A DNA stretch of 64,000 bases, taken from NCBI GenBank assembly GCA_046290465.1, contig JBKAGP010000001.1:2848001-2912000 (forward strand), read 5' to 3'. The notes below the pieces were generated by a model. That model worked only from the letters and a program-made list of their open reading frames with translations. It was not told the DNA's origin and did no database searches. This document shows, piece after piece, positions 16,569-25,598 of the stretch. A program made the translations under genes and the position numbers. This DNA comes from Planctomycetota bacterium. Lineage in GTDB: Bacteria; Planctomycetota; UBA1135; UBA2386. The stretch's first letter is position 1. Each line of letters begins with the position of its first letter.

Positions 16569-17263
16569 CGCTGCTTCGACACTCCCGGGAAGGCGCCGAA
16601 GTTGCGCGGGTTCATGCGCGGCAGGCCGCGGGCGACGTGATCGTCACCACGCTTGATGCACGACCCGAGCGTCTTGTCGCAAGTCGTGTAGGCCGCGGCC
16701 GAGTTGACGACGTAGCCGCACTGACGGCTGCCGAACGGCCAGCGGCATCTACGCGCCGTGAAGCGGTCCTGCGGCGCCGCCTTCTCGTAGAAGTTCTGGA
16801 AGCCGAGCCGGATGCTGATCGCGCGCGAAGTCGCGGTCGCCGAGATCACCTCGAAGTCCCAGCGTTCGAACTCGTGGTTGGGGTAGGCGATCGACAGCGC
16901 CGACTGCGGGACGGTGTACAGGCGGCACGTGTTGCCCTCGAGACCGGCACCGGCGTGCAGGTAGCGCATCAGCGCCCCGGTCGTGTTGTCGACCGAGAGC
17001 TGCAACCCCGGGAGGTTGCCTTCCCCGTCCCGGCGCATGACCGAGAGCGAGAAGTTCCACGGCTGCCATCCCCAACTCTCCGGGTGCGACGGCGGCCAGG
17101 AGAGGCCCTCGTGCCACTTGCACGAGCGCAGCAGCAGCGCGGGCATCGGCGTGTCCAGATCGAGCCGCGGTCGCTCCAGCTCGAGCTCGAGCAAGCGCAC
17201 GTAGGCGTCCGCACTGTGCGGATCCTCGCGCGACGCGAACGACGATGGCAGGGTGATGGGCAT
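16565..17263 (-). CDS. Minor tail protein L-like (Fe-S cysteine cluster)
   Basis: CRWPFGSRQCGY...CDKTLGSC...NFGAFPG C-terminal signature. Confidence 0.85.
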   Translation of the reverse strand: MPITLPSSFASREDPHSADAYVRLLELELERPRLDLDTPMPALLLRSCKWHEGLSWPPSHPESWGWQPWNFSLSVMRRDGEGNLPGLQLSVDNTTGALMRYLHAGAGLEGNTCRLYTVPQSALSIAYPNHEFERWDFEVISATATSRAISIRLGFQNFYEKAAPQDRFTARRCRWPFGSRQCGYVVNSAAAYTTCDKTLGSCIKRGDDHVARGLPRMNPRNFGAFPGVSKQR

Positions 17264-17264
17264 C

Positions 17265-19043
17265 CTAGGCGGTGAACACCAGCTCGGTGACCTCGGTGGT
17301 GAGCTCGACCCGACCATCTGGCAGTCGAGACTCGGAGAACGGCGTGCGCTGCGTCACGGCGACCGACTCCCCACCGCCTGGCGTGGGGAGCGCGAAGTTT
17401 CGATTCTCACGCAGGAACACCGAGACGGCGGCGCCGTGGCTGGCAGCCAGCGGCCCCCAGGTGAGGGCGAGCACGCGCCGCGGCTTGATCCAGTTCGGCC
17501 AGGTCCGCGAGTAGCCGGCGCGCGCGCGGATGCGTCCGATCTCGTGCCCAGAGACCCGGACTGGCGTGGCTGCAATCGGCGGATAGGGCGGCGACGGCAG
17601 AGCGCCGACGAGCGGGCCCTCGCCGTGGAGCGAGAGTTCGATCGGTGTCGGGATCACCCACTTCGGAGCGCTGAGCGACTGATCGTGCACGCGGTTGAAG
17701 ACAGCGTGCGAGATCTCTGTCACCGACGCCGGTGCGAACGGCCCCGAGTTCTGGAACCAGAACCGCACGAAGTGGAGGCGAGCTTCGTCGACCGCTTCGA
17801 ACGGAAGCGTGCGCGCCTGCAGGTCAAGAACGGGGATCCGCTCCTGGTAGCCGAAGGACGCGGCGCCCTCGACGTAGGCGAACGCAGACGGGTAGGTGGC
17901 GCCCTGGTCCTCCAAGGCCGTGTGCGCACGGAAGCCGTTCCCGCCCGGCTCAAGTACCTGGAACGTCGCGCAGGCGAGCTGCAGCACGCCAACGGGCGCC
18001 GCCGGCGCTGACACCTCGTGCCGGCTGTACGGCGTCCACGGTTGGCCGTCGTAGAGCTCCGTCGCCTCGCCGTGCGAAGCCACGTAGGACCCCGCCTGCG
18101 GCGTGAGACCGAGGTCGACCCGGATCGCCAGCATCGTGTGGGCCTGCACCACGGGAACGACGCTCGCGATCTGGTCGGTGAGCCGCATCCGCCCGAAGGC
18201 GTCGACGACCTCGGTCTCCAGGCGCTGCATGCTCCCGATCGTGGTCACGACCGGTACTTCCGAAGGCGTCGGGACTCCGGTTGGGTGCGGGCGGTTCGTG
18301 CGCGCACTCGACTCGACCACCCACGCACCAGACCGCGCAGCGCCGTGCTGGAGGTCGGGCGGAGGCACGGTCGGCGATGGCTGCATGTAGGTCGCGTGCA
18401 GCAGGCACCAGGACTGCGAGCTCGCGCCGATGGCGTTGCTGCTCGTCCAGTCGAGCGCGCCAGACTCGTCCCGCTCAGCAAGCACGAGGTCGAGCGCTTC
18501 GAGCTCGTCCATGTCGGCCCAGAACCACCTGACGTCGCGAACCAACGGCGGCTCCGTCGCACTTGCCGCGTAGGCCGGCGTGTCGCCGTTCCAGTTCAAG
18601 CGCGCGTAGAGGCCGAACTCGGCGGCACTCGTGTTCGTCGTGGCGCCGAACGTGGGGTCGCTGATCGCCGGTCGGCCCGTTCCGGCCGACTGCTGCACCA
18701 TGATGAACGTGAAGGGCATCCCGGCCCACAGCGTGGTCTTCAGCGACTCATGCCGTAGCGAGAACCGCGCGCGATGGAACGTGCTGCGCGCGCCCCCCGT
18801 CAGCCCCATGCAGACCTCGAGCACCCCGCGCTCCGGCGTCGCACCGACGGTCCGGACCTGGCAAACGAACCCGGTGACGACGAGCGCCAGGCGCTTGCTC
18901 GCGCCGGCCGGCAGGTGACCCAGCGGGATCGCATCGACCTGCTGCCAGTCGCTCGGCGCGTTCGACGTCGGCGACGACGGGAACAGCGTCACGTTGACGT
19001 CAGCGGGCGCCCTGCGAAGGCCGAAGAGCCGTTCGTCCGCCAC
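17265..19043 (-). CDS. Distal tail protein: ~480-aa unknown N-terminal domain plus C-terminal gpM-like domain
   Basis: Occupies the gpM slot after the tape measure; C-terminus GYSRTWP...LTW...FLRENRNFALPTP...EVTEL resembles lambda gpM. Confidence 0.65.
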   Translation of the reverse strand: MADERLFGLRRAPADVNVTLFPSSPTSNAPSDWQQVDAIPLGHLPAGASKRLALVVTGFVCQVRTVGATPERGVLEVCMGLTGGARSTFHRARFSLRHESLKTTLWAGMPFTFIMVQQSAGTGRPAISDPTFGATTNTSAAEFGLYARLNWNGDTPAYAASATEPPLVRDVRWFWADMDELEALDLVLAERDESGALDWTSSNAIGASSQSWCLLHATYMQPSPTVPPPDLQHGAARSGAWVVESSARTNRPHPTGVPTPSEVPVVTTIGSMQRLETEVVDAFGRMRLTDQIASVVPVVQAHTMLAIRVDLGLTPQAGSYVASHGEATELYDGQPWTPYSRHEVSAPAAPVGVLQLACATFQVLEPGGNGFRAHTALEDQGATYPSAFAYVEGAASFGYQERIPVLDLQARTLPFEAVDEARLHFVRFWFQNSGPFAPASVTEISHAVFNRVHDQSLSAPKWVIPTPIELSLHGEGPLVGALPSPPYPPIAATPVRVSGHEIGRIRARAGYSRTWPNWIKPRRVLALTWGPLAASHGAAVSVFLRENRNFALPTPGGGESVAVTQRTPFSESRLPDGRVELTTEVTELVFTA

Positions 19044-21052
19044 TACCTGGCCCCCTTCTGGACGCTCTGCCTGAAGCCGCGGTGGGAGGACAGGTCGTCA
19101 GAGACCAGGCTCCGGATCGTCTCGCGGTTGGCGACGAGCCCCTCGGCGGCGTCGCGACTGTCCCAGGCGTAGACGTTGACGTTCACGTTGCGCGCGCCGC
19201 CGGCGGCCGGCGAAGGGCCGAGGTAGACGGCTGCAGCGCCGCTGCCGCCGAGCGCCGCCGGAGACGCCTGCAGGCTCGCGGCCGACGCCGTTCCGCCGCC
19301 ACCGCCGCCGACGTCGACGCTCCCACCCCCGGTGAACAGGCTGATCGTGCGCAGCACCAGCAGCCGCGCGATGACCTGCGCGATCATCTGGAGCGTCGAG
19401 ACACCCCACTGACGGAACGCCTCGCGCATCGACTGCGCGCCGGTGATGACGCCAGCGATCGAGTTCGCGAGGCCGTCCACGGCTCGTGTAGCAACAGATC
19501 CAAATGCCGCACCAACCGTAGCGTCGAATCGATTCAGCTCCCCGCGGAGGCGCTTGATGCTCTCCTCGAACCCCTCGGAGAACGTCCGGGGGAGATCCAC
19601 CGTCAGCTTCGGCTGTGCGCCCTTATTGATGGCCTCGCCAATCTCCTTGCCGGCCTGCTCCGCGTCCGACTTCGGGACTCCGGAGGCCCGCAACCGCCGA
19701 ACCATCTCCTCACGCAGCTGCTCGAATGTCCTGAAGGACTGCTGAACCGAGGCCGCGATACCTGTCGCCGCCGGTTGCTCAGCACCATTCAACTCGTCGA
19801 AGAACCGCCGCACAGCGTTCCGCGCACGCTCTGAGAAGTAGATGAACTGCTCGTTGGCCGGAAGCTCGGCAATCCGAAGTTCCTGTAGCTCGCGCAGCTT
19901 CTGCGTCTCTCGATCGAGAATGTCCAAACGCTTAGAGCTCGGCTCGACACCACGATCACGCCGCCGAGCGATGGACGAGTTGAGAGCGTCGATGCCCCTC
20001 TGGACGTCGGCAATCTGATCGTTGAGCGCAGTCAACCTGGGCGATGGCGCGGACGTCGACTTCCGCTCGAACTCGAAGAAGCCCAACGTGAAGCCATCCG
20101 CAACGGCTGCGAAGTCGGCGAGCGTCTTCTCCAGGCCCTTCGGGATGCTCGCTACGAACTGTGCGACGTCGATGGCCACTTGCGACAACCCCGAGATCGC
20201 CTGGACCGTTGCAGCCGCGATGTCCTTGATCGAGTCCTTGTTCGAGAGCAGCGCCTTGGTCAGCCTATCGATCCCCTTCGTGACCGCTGGTTCGAACTCC
20301 ACGATCACCAAGCGAGAGACAGACTCGATCGCGGTCTGAAGGCTCCGGAACGCCTTCTCGGACCGCACTGCCGCGCGCGCTTGCTCAGATGTGATCGTCG
20401 CACCCGCGCGCCGAGCTTGTTCGAGAGACGTCTGGAACGCCGCCGAGCCGTCGCCAATCAGGTTGATTACGTTCCGCCACTGCTCTGGGAACAGCTTGAC
20501 CAGCTCGAGGTACTGCTCGCTGCCCTCATTCAGGTCAGTGATGCCGCCCGCCATTGCCCTGAAGACGTCGATGGGGTTCTTGCCCCTGAGGTCGTCGACT
20601 TCGACGCCGAGGCGCGCGAAGGCATCGATCTGTCGCTGCGCACCCTCGAGGGCTGCCCCCTGCGCGGCAGCCAACGACGACATCACCGCACGGAACTGCT
20701 CGGCGTTGCCTCCTGCCTCCTGGAACGCGAACCGAAGCTCGCTCAGGTTCTCGATTGTCTCTCCGGTGGCACGAGCGACGGCCACGAGCTCGTCGACCTG
20801 CTGGTTGATGGCACGACCTGCGGCCACGATCTCTGAAGCGAACTGAGCGATCTTGAGGCCTGCGTAGATAGCGGCGACGGCGGCGGCCGCCTTCTTGACG
20901 GCCGCCCACGACTTCGCCGCCCGGTTGTTCGCCTTCTCAGTCTGGTCGGCGACCTTCTTGACCTCGTCACGGATCCCGCCCAGCTGCTTGGTGATCTCAT
21001 CAACCAGCAGCGCTCGGATGCTGAGCGTGCGCTTGTCGGTACGATTCGTCAC
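19043..21052 (-). CDS. Tail tape measure protein
   Basis: 669 aa, Ala-rich and helical; follows the chaperones; NVNVNVYAWDS C-terminal motif. Confidence 0.88.
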   Translation of the reverse strand: MTNRTDKRTLSIRALLVDEITKQLGGIRDEVKKVADQTEKANNRAAKSWAAVKKAAAAVAAIYAGLKIAQFASEIVAAGRAINQQVDELVAVARATGETIENLSELRFAFQEAGGNAEQFRAVMSSLAAAQGAALEGAQRQIDAFARLGVEVDDLRGKNPIDVFRAMAGGITDLNEGSEQYLELVKLFPEQWRNVINLIGDGSAAFQTSLEQARRAGATITSEQARAAVRSEKAFRSLQTAIESVSRLVIVEFEPAVTKGIDRLTKALLSNKDSIKDIAAATVQAISGLSQVAIDVAQFVASIPKGLEKTLADFAAVADGFTLGFFEFERKSTSAPSPRLTALNDQIADVQRGIDALNSSIARRRDRGVEPSSKRLDILDRETQKLRELQELRIAELPANEQFIYFSERARNAVRRFFDELNGAEQPAATGIAASVQQSFRTFEQLREEMVRRLRASGVPKSDAEQAGKEIGEAINKGAQPKLTVDLPRTFSEGFEESIKRLRGELNRFDATVGAAFGSVATRAVDGLANSIAGVITGAQSMREAFRQWGVSTLQMIAQVIARLLVLRTISLFTGGGSVDVGGGGGGTASAASLQASPAALGGSGAAAVYLGPSPAAGGARNVNVNVYAWDSRDAAEGLVANRETIRSLVSDDLSSHRGFRQSVQKGAR

Positions 21053-21474
21053 CTCGGACTCCCCGCCCGACGATTCGGGGGATTCAGTGCGCGTTCCCGG
21101 TAGCTGTGAATCTCACGAGCGCCGAACGGGTAGGCGCTCACGAACGTTGCAGCCTGGTCGTTCCAGCCTCCGGGGTCCGGCAACACCCCATTCTCGACCA
21201 TGGCGAAGGCCGCGATGAGGCCCAGTTCGCGCTCAGTCACGACGCGATGCGGACACTCGCTCTGCGGGATCTGGCCGGTGCCGGCGCACGCCGTGCACTC
21301 CGGCGAGTCGCCAGCGCAGAACGGGCACCCGAGATACCCCCAAGGTTCGGCGGACGGACCATCACAGCCCCACTCCGCGCGCAGGCGCCGACTGGTTCTG
21401 CAGACCCGGCATGACTGCACCGGGCCCTCCCCCTTTGCGGAGCAGACGATGGCCGCCGCCAACATCACTTTCCC
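21049..21474 (-). CDS. Tail assembly chaperone GT extension (-1 frameshift product), Cys-rich
   Basis: The -1 frame continues from GGGAAAG as GKVMLAAA...; GVLPDPGGWNDQ motif; its stop overlaps the tape measure start. Confidence 0.75.
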   Translation of the reverse strand, partial: GKVMLAAAIVCSAKGEGPVQSCRVCRTSRRLRAEWGCDGPSAEPWGYLGCPFCAGDSPECTACAGTGQIPQSECPHRVVTERELGLIAAFAMVENGVLPDPGGWNDQAATFVSAYPFGAREIHSYRERALNPPNRRAGSPR

Positions 21475-21839
21475 ACGTCTTCCTGCGTAGTCCGATTCTG
21501 CTTCACGACCTGCTCGGCCAGTTCGGCGATGCAATCGGCTGGGAGCGAGTCGTAGCTGCTCAGCGCGAGCGGCTTCTCGACCTCGACCCCGAACAGCATC
21601 TGCGAGCCCTCGACGCGCACAGCCTCAACCGGGCGGCCCTGCGCGTCGGCCATGCCATCCCAGCCGCGAACGCCCGCCCGAACTACAAGCTCGACCTGCT
21701 CTTGTTCCTTCAGGCTCGGCAAGGCGAGCATGGTCCGGTGCGACAGCACGCCGATCCGGAAAGTCGTGGGGCGGGGCGAGTCCTTGTCGGACTCGAGGAC
21801 GACCGAGAAGACCTCGGCCACGGATCGTGCGATCACCAA
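21465..21839 (-). CDS. Tail assembly chaperone (gpG-like)
   Basis: AAGGAG RBS, TTG start, VRGWDG motif; ends GTG GGA AAG TGA. Confidence 0.8.
   Translation of the reverse strand: MVIARSVAEVFSVVLESDKDSPRPTTFRIGVLSHRTMLALPSLKEQEQVELVVRAGVRGWDGMADAQGRPVEAVRVEGSQMLFGVEVEKPLALSSYDSLPADCIAELAEQVVKQNRTTQEDVGK
21468..21474 (-). other. Programmed -1 frameshift slippery site G GGA AAG
   Basis: Same heptamer as the lambda G/GT site, immediately before the stop codon. Confidence 0.85.
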
Positions 21840-21852
21840 GGGATGCGGCTCC

Positions 21853-23274
21853 TTACAGCTGCGAGAAGTAGAGGTCGTCGTCGCCCGACTCGGCGATGCG
21901 CATCGGCCGGAGCGTGACGTCGAACACGGAGATGCCGTTGGCGTCCGAGAGGGACACCTCAGCGACCTGGCAGTGCGGCGCGACGACGGACAGCGGGTTG
22001 CCGTTGGCGTCGACCAGGACCGCCGCGAACCGCACCGCGGTGCCGTTGTCGCGCATCGCTTCCCAGTCGAAGGCACCGTTCACGTTGTCGACGGTGATCT
22101 GGATCGTCGAATCGCGGTCCGTGATGTTCGCGCCGGTCGCGCCGCCGGGACTGTTCGCGTCGAGGTTCGGAGAGACGGTGCCGGCGTTGTCGAGGTTGAT
22201 GCTCTTGATCGGCAGCCGGTAGACGTTGGCGTCCGAGTCGTACTCGCCGACTGCGACCACAGCGCCGAGCAGTCGCGGGCCCTTGACCGAGCTGGTCGCG
22301 CTCGAGGCCGCCGGAGCCACGTCGAGGTCGGAACCGATGTCGCCCTGGAACGTCCAGCTGAACTGCAGCGGCTCGCCGACGCTGCCCTGCATGCTGAAGG
22401 TGCCGCGCGCGCCCTTCAGCTCCCGCCGGCGGCCGTCGAGGTTGTGCCAGAAGACGAGCGTCGGGCCCTTCACGACGGTCGGCGCCGCGTTCAGCGTGGC
22501 GGTGTTCGTCCCGTCGGTCACGACGTCGCCGTTCGCGATGCTGCCCCAGAGCAGGGTGACGTTCAGGTCGTCGAGCGCCGTGACCTCGACGACCGTGAGG
22601 CCGCCCACGAGTTCGCCGCCGCGCTCGATGTTGTAGCTCTTGCCCGCGGCCGCGCCGGTCAGGTCAGCGGCGAACCCGATCTGCATCAGCGACTCGCTGG
22701 TCGGCGCGTAGCTGAACGAGTTCGCCCGCGTCGCAGCGCCCGAGGGCGTCGTGCCGGCACCAGACGACGCACCCGTCACCGCGTTCACAGCGTTGAACGC
22801 CGACGAGCTCGTGCGCGCCACGACCAGGACGTCGCCGGACGAGGTGGCCTTGTCGACGGAGCTGCCCCCGCTCGTGATCGCGACCACGATGCCCTCGGCG
22901 TCGCTCGTCGCCTGGGTCACGCGCTCGCCGACGACGAAGTAGCCGGTGCCTCCGGAGACGCTTCCGCAGGTCAGGTTCTGGACCGCCGGCACCGCGGCAT
23001 AGCCGCACGCCTTGAGCAGCCTTGCGAACTCCGGTTCGGCCGCACCGCCGCTGCCGCGGAAGTCGGTCTGGAACGACAGCTCGCGGGTCTTCCGGCCGGG
23101 AGGCTGGAACGCTCCCGAAAGCGTCGCGCCGCTCGGCGTCCGGTCGAGGAAGTCCGTCGAGTCGGAGATCGACGGGTCGTAGACCAGGATCGCATCGGAT
23201 CCGGTGAGGGTTCCGCCGCCGCCAGGCGTGGTTTCGATCGCTCCGAGGAGCTGCTGCTTTCGGGTGAGGACCAT
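21853..23274 (-). CDS. Major tail tube protein with inserted beta-domains
   Basis: MVLTRKQQLLGAIET..., LLKACG, LKGARGTF, FSWTFQG; position upstream of the chaperones. Confidence 0.8.
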   Translation of the reverse strand: MVLTRKQQLLGAIETTPGGGGTLTGSDAILVYDPSISDSTDFLDRTPSGATLSGAFQPPGRKTRELSFQTDFRGSGGAAEPEFARLLKACGYAAVPAVQNLTCGSVSGGTGYFVVGERVTQATSDAEGIVVAITSGGSSVDKATSSGDVLVVARTSSSAFNAVNAVTGASSGAGTTPSGAATRANSFSYAPTSESLMQIGFAADLTGAAAGKSYNIERGGELVGGLTVVEVTALDDLNVTLLWGSIANGDVVTDGTNTATLNAAPTVVKGPTLVFWHNLDGRRRELKGARGTFSMQGSVGEPLQFSWTFQGDIGSDLDVAPAASSATSSVKGPRLLGAVVAVGEYDSDANVYRLPIKSINLDNAGTVSPNLDANSPGGATGANITDRDSTIQITVDNVNGAFDWEAMRDNGTAVRFAAVLVDANGNPLSVVAPHCQVAEVSLSDANGISVFDVTLRPMRIAESGDDDLYFSQL

Positions 23275-23277
23275 GTC

Positions 23278-23622
23278 TCAGGAGTGCGCCAGCAGGACCT
23301 CGAGCTCGCCCGAGACGCTGGCGGTCGTCGGCGACGAGTAGGAGAACTGCGGCGGGGTCAGCCACCGCACCTTGATCGCCTGGCTCTCGCCCGGCGGTGT
23401 CCAGTCGAAGGCGCCGACCCCGTGCTCGAGGTAGTGGCGCCAGATCGCGTCCGCGACTTCCCTGCGCTTATCCGACCAGGTCAAGAGCAGCTCGCGCGCG
23501 CAGAGCTCGGCGTCGACCGTCTGGCCGAACACCAGCGGTCCCGAGTCCGATGTCTCGAAGCCGGGATCGGGGCGTTCCGCGACCGCGCTCGGCGGCGGCA
23601 GGCCTGTCGCTGGAATGCTCAT
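23278..23622 (-). CDS. Stand-alone gpM-like distal tail protein paralog
   Basis: HGVGAFDWTPPGESQAIKVRW resembles the recalled lambda gpM HGGWKSFLWTPP...IKV. Confidence 0.65.
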   Translation of the reverse strand: MSIPATGLPPPSAVAERPDPGFETSDSGPLVFGQTVDAELCARELLLTWSDKRREVADAIWRHYLEHGVGAFDWTPPGESQAIKVRWLTPPQFSYSSPTTASVSGELEVLLAHS

Positions 23623-24062
23623 AGGCCCGGGTCCTGGTAGTGGTGCCGGTACGAGAAGGTCAGGCCGATGAAGGCGCCGAGTTCGCCCTTGTCGTCCGGG
23701 CCCTCGATCTCATGCCCCGCGACCACCACGTCGGAGAAGCCCGGCACGGTTCCGGCAGTGTCCGGCGCATGCACGACCTTCTCGATCTCCGTGACCATCC
23801 GGTCGAGGTAGCGGTAGGCGTTGCCGCCGTCGGTGACCTCGTCGGCGTCGCCAACGCTGACGACGAGCGTGACCTCGACCCGGAAGGTCGCCTCGTAGGT
23901 CTCGGACGTGCCGAGCTCCTTGTCCTCGCCGTCGGGGTGGACGTAGGCCGTCGGCCCGTCGGGGCGGGTGTTCCGCATGTCGCGGAGCGTGCCCGTCATC
24001 CCCTCGATGGCGTCGATCCTGGTGACGAGCTCCATCAGGATCCGGTCGCGGATGCTAGCCAC
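23619..24062 (-). CDS. Tail terminator-like protein
   Basis: MASIRDRIL...; acidic 147 aa ending FSYRHHYQDP; synteny. Confidence 0.6.
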   Translation of the reverse strand: MASIRDRILMELVTRIDAIEGMTGTLRDMRNTRPDGPTAYVHPDGEDKELGTSETYEATFRVEVTLVVSVGDADEVTDGGNAYRYLDRMVTEIEKVVHAPDTAGTVPGFSDVVVAGHEIEGPDDKGELGAFIGLTFSYRHHYQDPGL

Positions 24063-24744
24063 GGCCGGCCTCCATGTCCTCGACCATGCGCCTCGTGCGG
24101 TCGCGCAGCTTCAGGTCGCGCGCGCCGCGCAGCTGGTCCCACGTGCGGTAGAACTTCAGCGTCGGGCGGTTCATCACCCGCGGCAGCTGCGCGTAGCGCA
24201 ACCGGAGCTTGCGGATCTTCTTCCGGTCGCGCACGCGCTGGGCGACGACCTTCTTCATCTCCTCGAACACGAGGTATCCGCCGCCGCGGCGCGGGAAGAT
24301 GCGCAGCCGCCGGTTCGGGTACTTCTTCTTGAAGTCGCTCGGCGTCGGCAGCCCGCGCGTCTTAACCGGGATGGTCAGCAGCTTGCCCTTGGCCCGCGTG
24401 ACGCCGCCCTGCTCGAGCAGCTCGAGCGCGTCGCTGCCGGTGCTGATCTCCGCTCGGAAGCGCTGCAGCTTGGCGACCGCGTCTTCGGGGCCGCTCGCCA
24501 TCTTGTCGGTCGGCACTTCGTAGCCGACGGCGCGGCGACCAGGCCGCGACTTGCCGACCCGGCCGACGTCGATGCCCTTGCCGCCCTTGCGCTTCCGGCC
24601 GAAGCTCGGCCGCTGGCGACGCAACCACGCCGTTCGGTGCTCGATCATCGAGCCGAACCAGAACCCGCGGACGTGACGGTATGCCGCCATCGGAGCCGCG
24701 CGCACGACGTCAAGCAGCCCATCGGGCTGGAAGTCGAGTTCCAC
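24055..24744 (-). CDS. Basic tail-completion/neck protein (gpZ-like position)
   Basis: Very basic; LEQGG..RAKGKLLTIP motif; synteny. Confidence 0.55.
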   Translation of the reverse strand: MELDFQPDGLLDVVRAAPMAAYRHVRGFWFGSMIEHRTAWLRRQRPSFGRKRKGGKGIDVGRVGKSRPGRRAVGYEVPTDKMASGPEDAVAKLQRFRAEISTGSDALELLEQGGVTRAKGKLLTIPVKTRGLPTPSDFKKKYPNRRLRIFPRRGGGYLVFEEMKKVVAQRVRDRKKIRKLRLRYAQLPRVMNRPTLKFYRTWDQLRGARDLKLRDRTRRMVEDMEAGRG

Positions 24745-24758
24745 ACCGCCGCCGGCCA

Positions 24759-25097
24759 CTACTCGAGCACCTCCACGATGATCCGTGCCTGGTCCTCGCC
24801 GACGACGCGAACCACGCAGCACGGAACGGCCGCTTCGCCGATCCGGACCGGCAGCACGATCCGGTCCTTGCCGACGACCACCGACTCGACGCCCGTTGTC
24901 GCGTGCCGCGGCATCGCCACGACGCAGCTGCGCCGGTTGATCTCGCCGTCGGGCCCGTCGAAGTCGCGGCGCACGGCCGCGTTGAACGTGCGCTCCGGCG
25001 ACCCGTCGCTGAACCGGTACGTGATCGACTCGGCAACGCCGTTGGCGTTGCCGTAGATCTCGCGCGCGTGGCGCTGCTGTAGGTCGCGGAGGCCCAC
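24759..25097 (-). CDS. Head-tail joining protein (gpFII-like)
   Basis: AESITY..., beta-rich 112 aa; start overlaps the decoration gene stop. Confidence 0.55.
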   Translation of the reverse strand: MGLRDLQQRHAREIYGNANGVAESITYRFSDGSPERTFNAAVRRDFDGPDGEINRRSCVVAMPRHATTGVESVVVGKDRIVLPVRIGEAAVPCCVVRVVGEDQARIIVEVLE

Positions 25098-25537
25098 TAC
25101 GGGACCATCGCCCCCTTGAACAGGACCGCGACCCGCGAGCCGCTCAGGACGGTCACGATCTTGCCGACCGTCAAGCCGGTGATCGCGCTGGCGCGCTCGA
25201 TGCGGAACGTGTTGTCGTCGGTCGCCTCGACAGTCACGGCCGCCGCGCCGACGTCCGACTGCAGGGCCGTCTCGGTCGTGATGTCGAGCTCGATGCCGCC
25301 CTGCGCGCGCACGCCGATCGTCCGATCGCCGTCCGCCTCGCCGGACACCGCCAGGCTCGTCTCCAGCGCGAAGCCGGCGAACGTGCCCGCGCCCGAGGCC
25401 ACCTCCAGGTAGCCGCCGTTCAGCTCGAGGCACGCGCCGGCGTAGATGGTCTGACCCGCCTTGACCGGCATCTGCTGCAGGTCGATTTCGGGGACGTTCG
25501 CCAGGAACGGCGGGACTCGCTCTTCGGTCATTGCCAT
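25097..25537 (-). CDS. Capsid decoration/cement protein
   Basis: PVKAGQTIYAGA...FAGFALE...DGDRTIGVR..G...DVG; directly follows the major capsid gene; AAGGAG RBS. Confidence 0.8.
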   Translation of the reverse strand: MAMTEERVPPFLANVPEIDLQQMPVKAGQTIYAGACLELNGGYLEVASGAGTFAGFALETSLAVSGEADGDRTIGVRAQGGIELDITTETALQSDVGAAAVTVEATDDNTFRIERASAITGLTVGKIVTVLSGSRVAVLFKGAMVP

Positions 25538-25598
25538 TTGGATCTCTCCTTGTGTGGATCTGGGTGGTGGGCGGCGCGGGGACGTGCCGCCCGATCGA

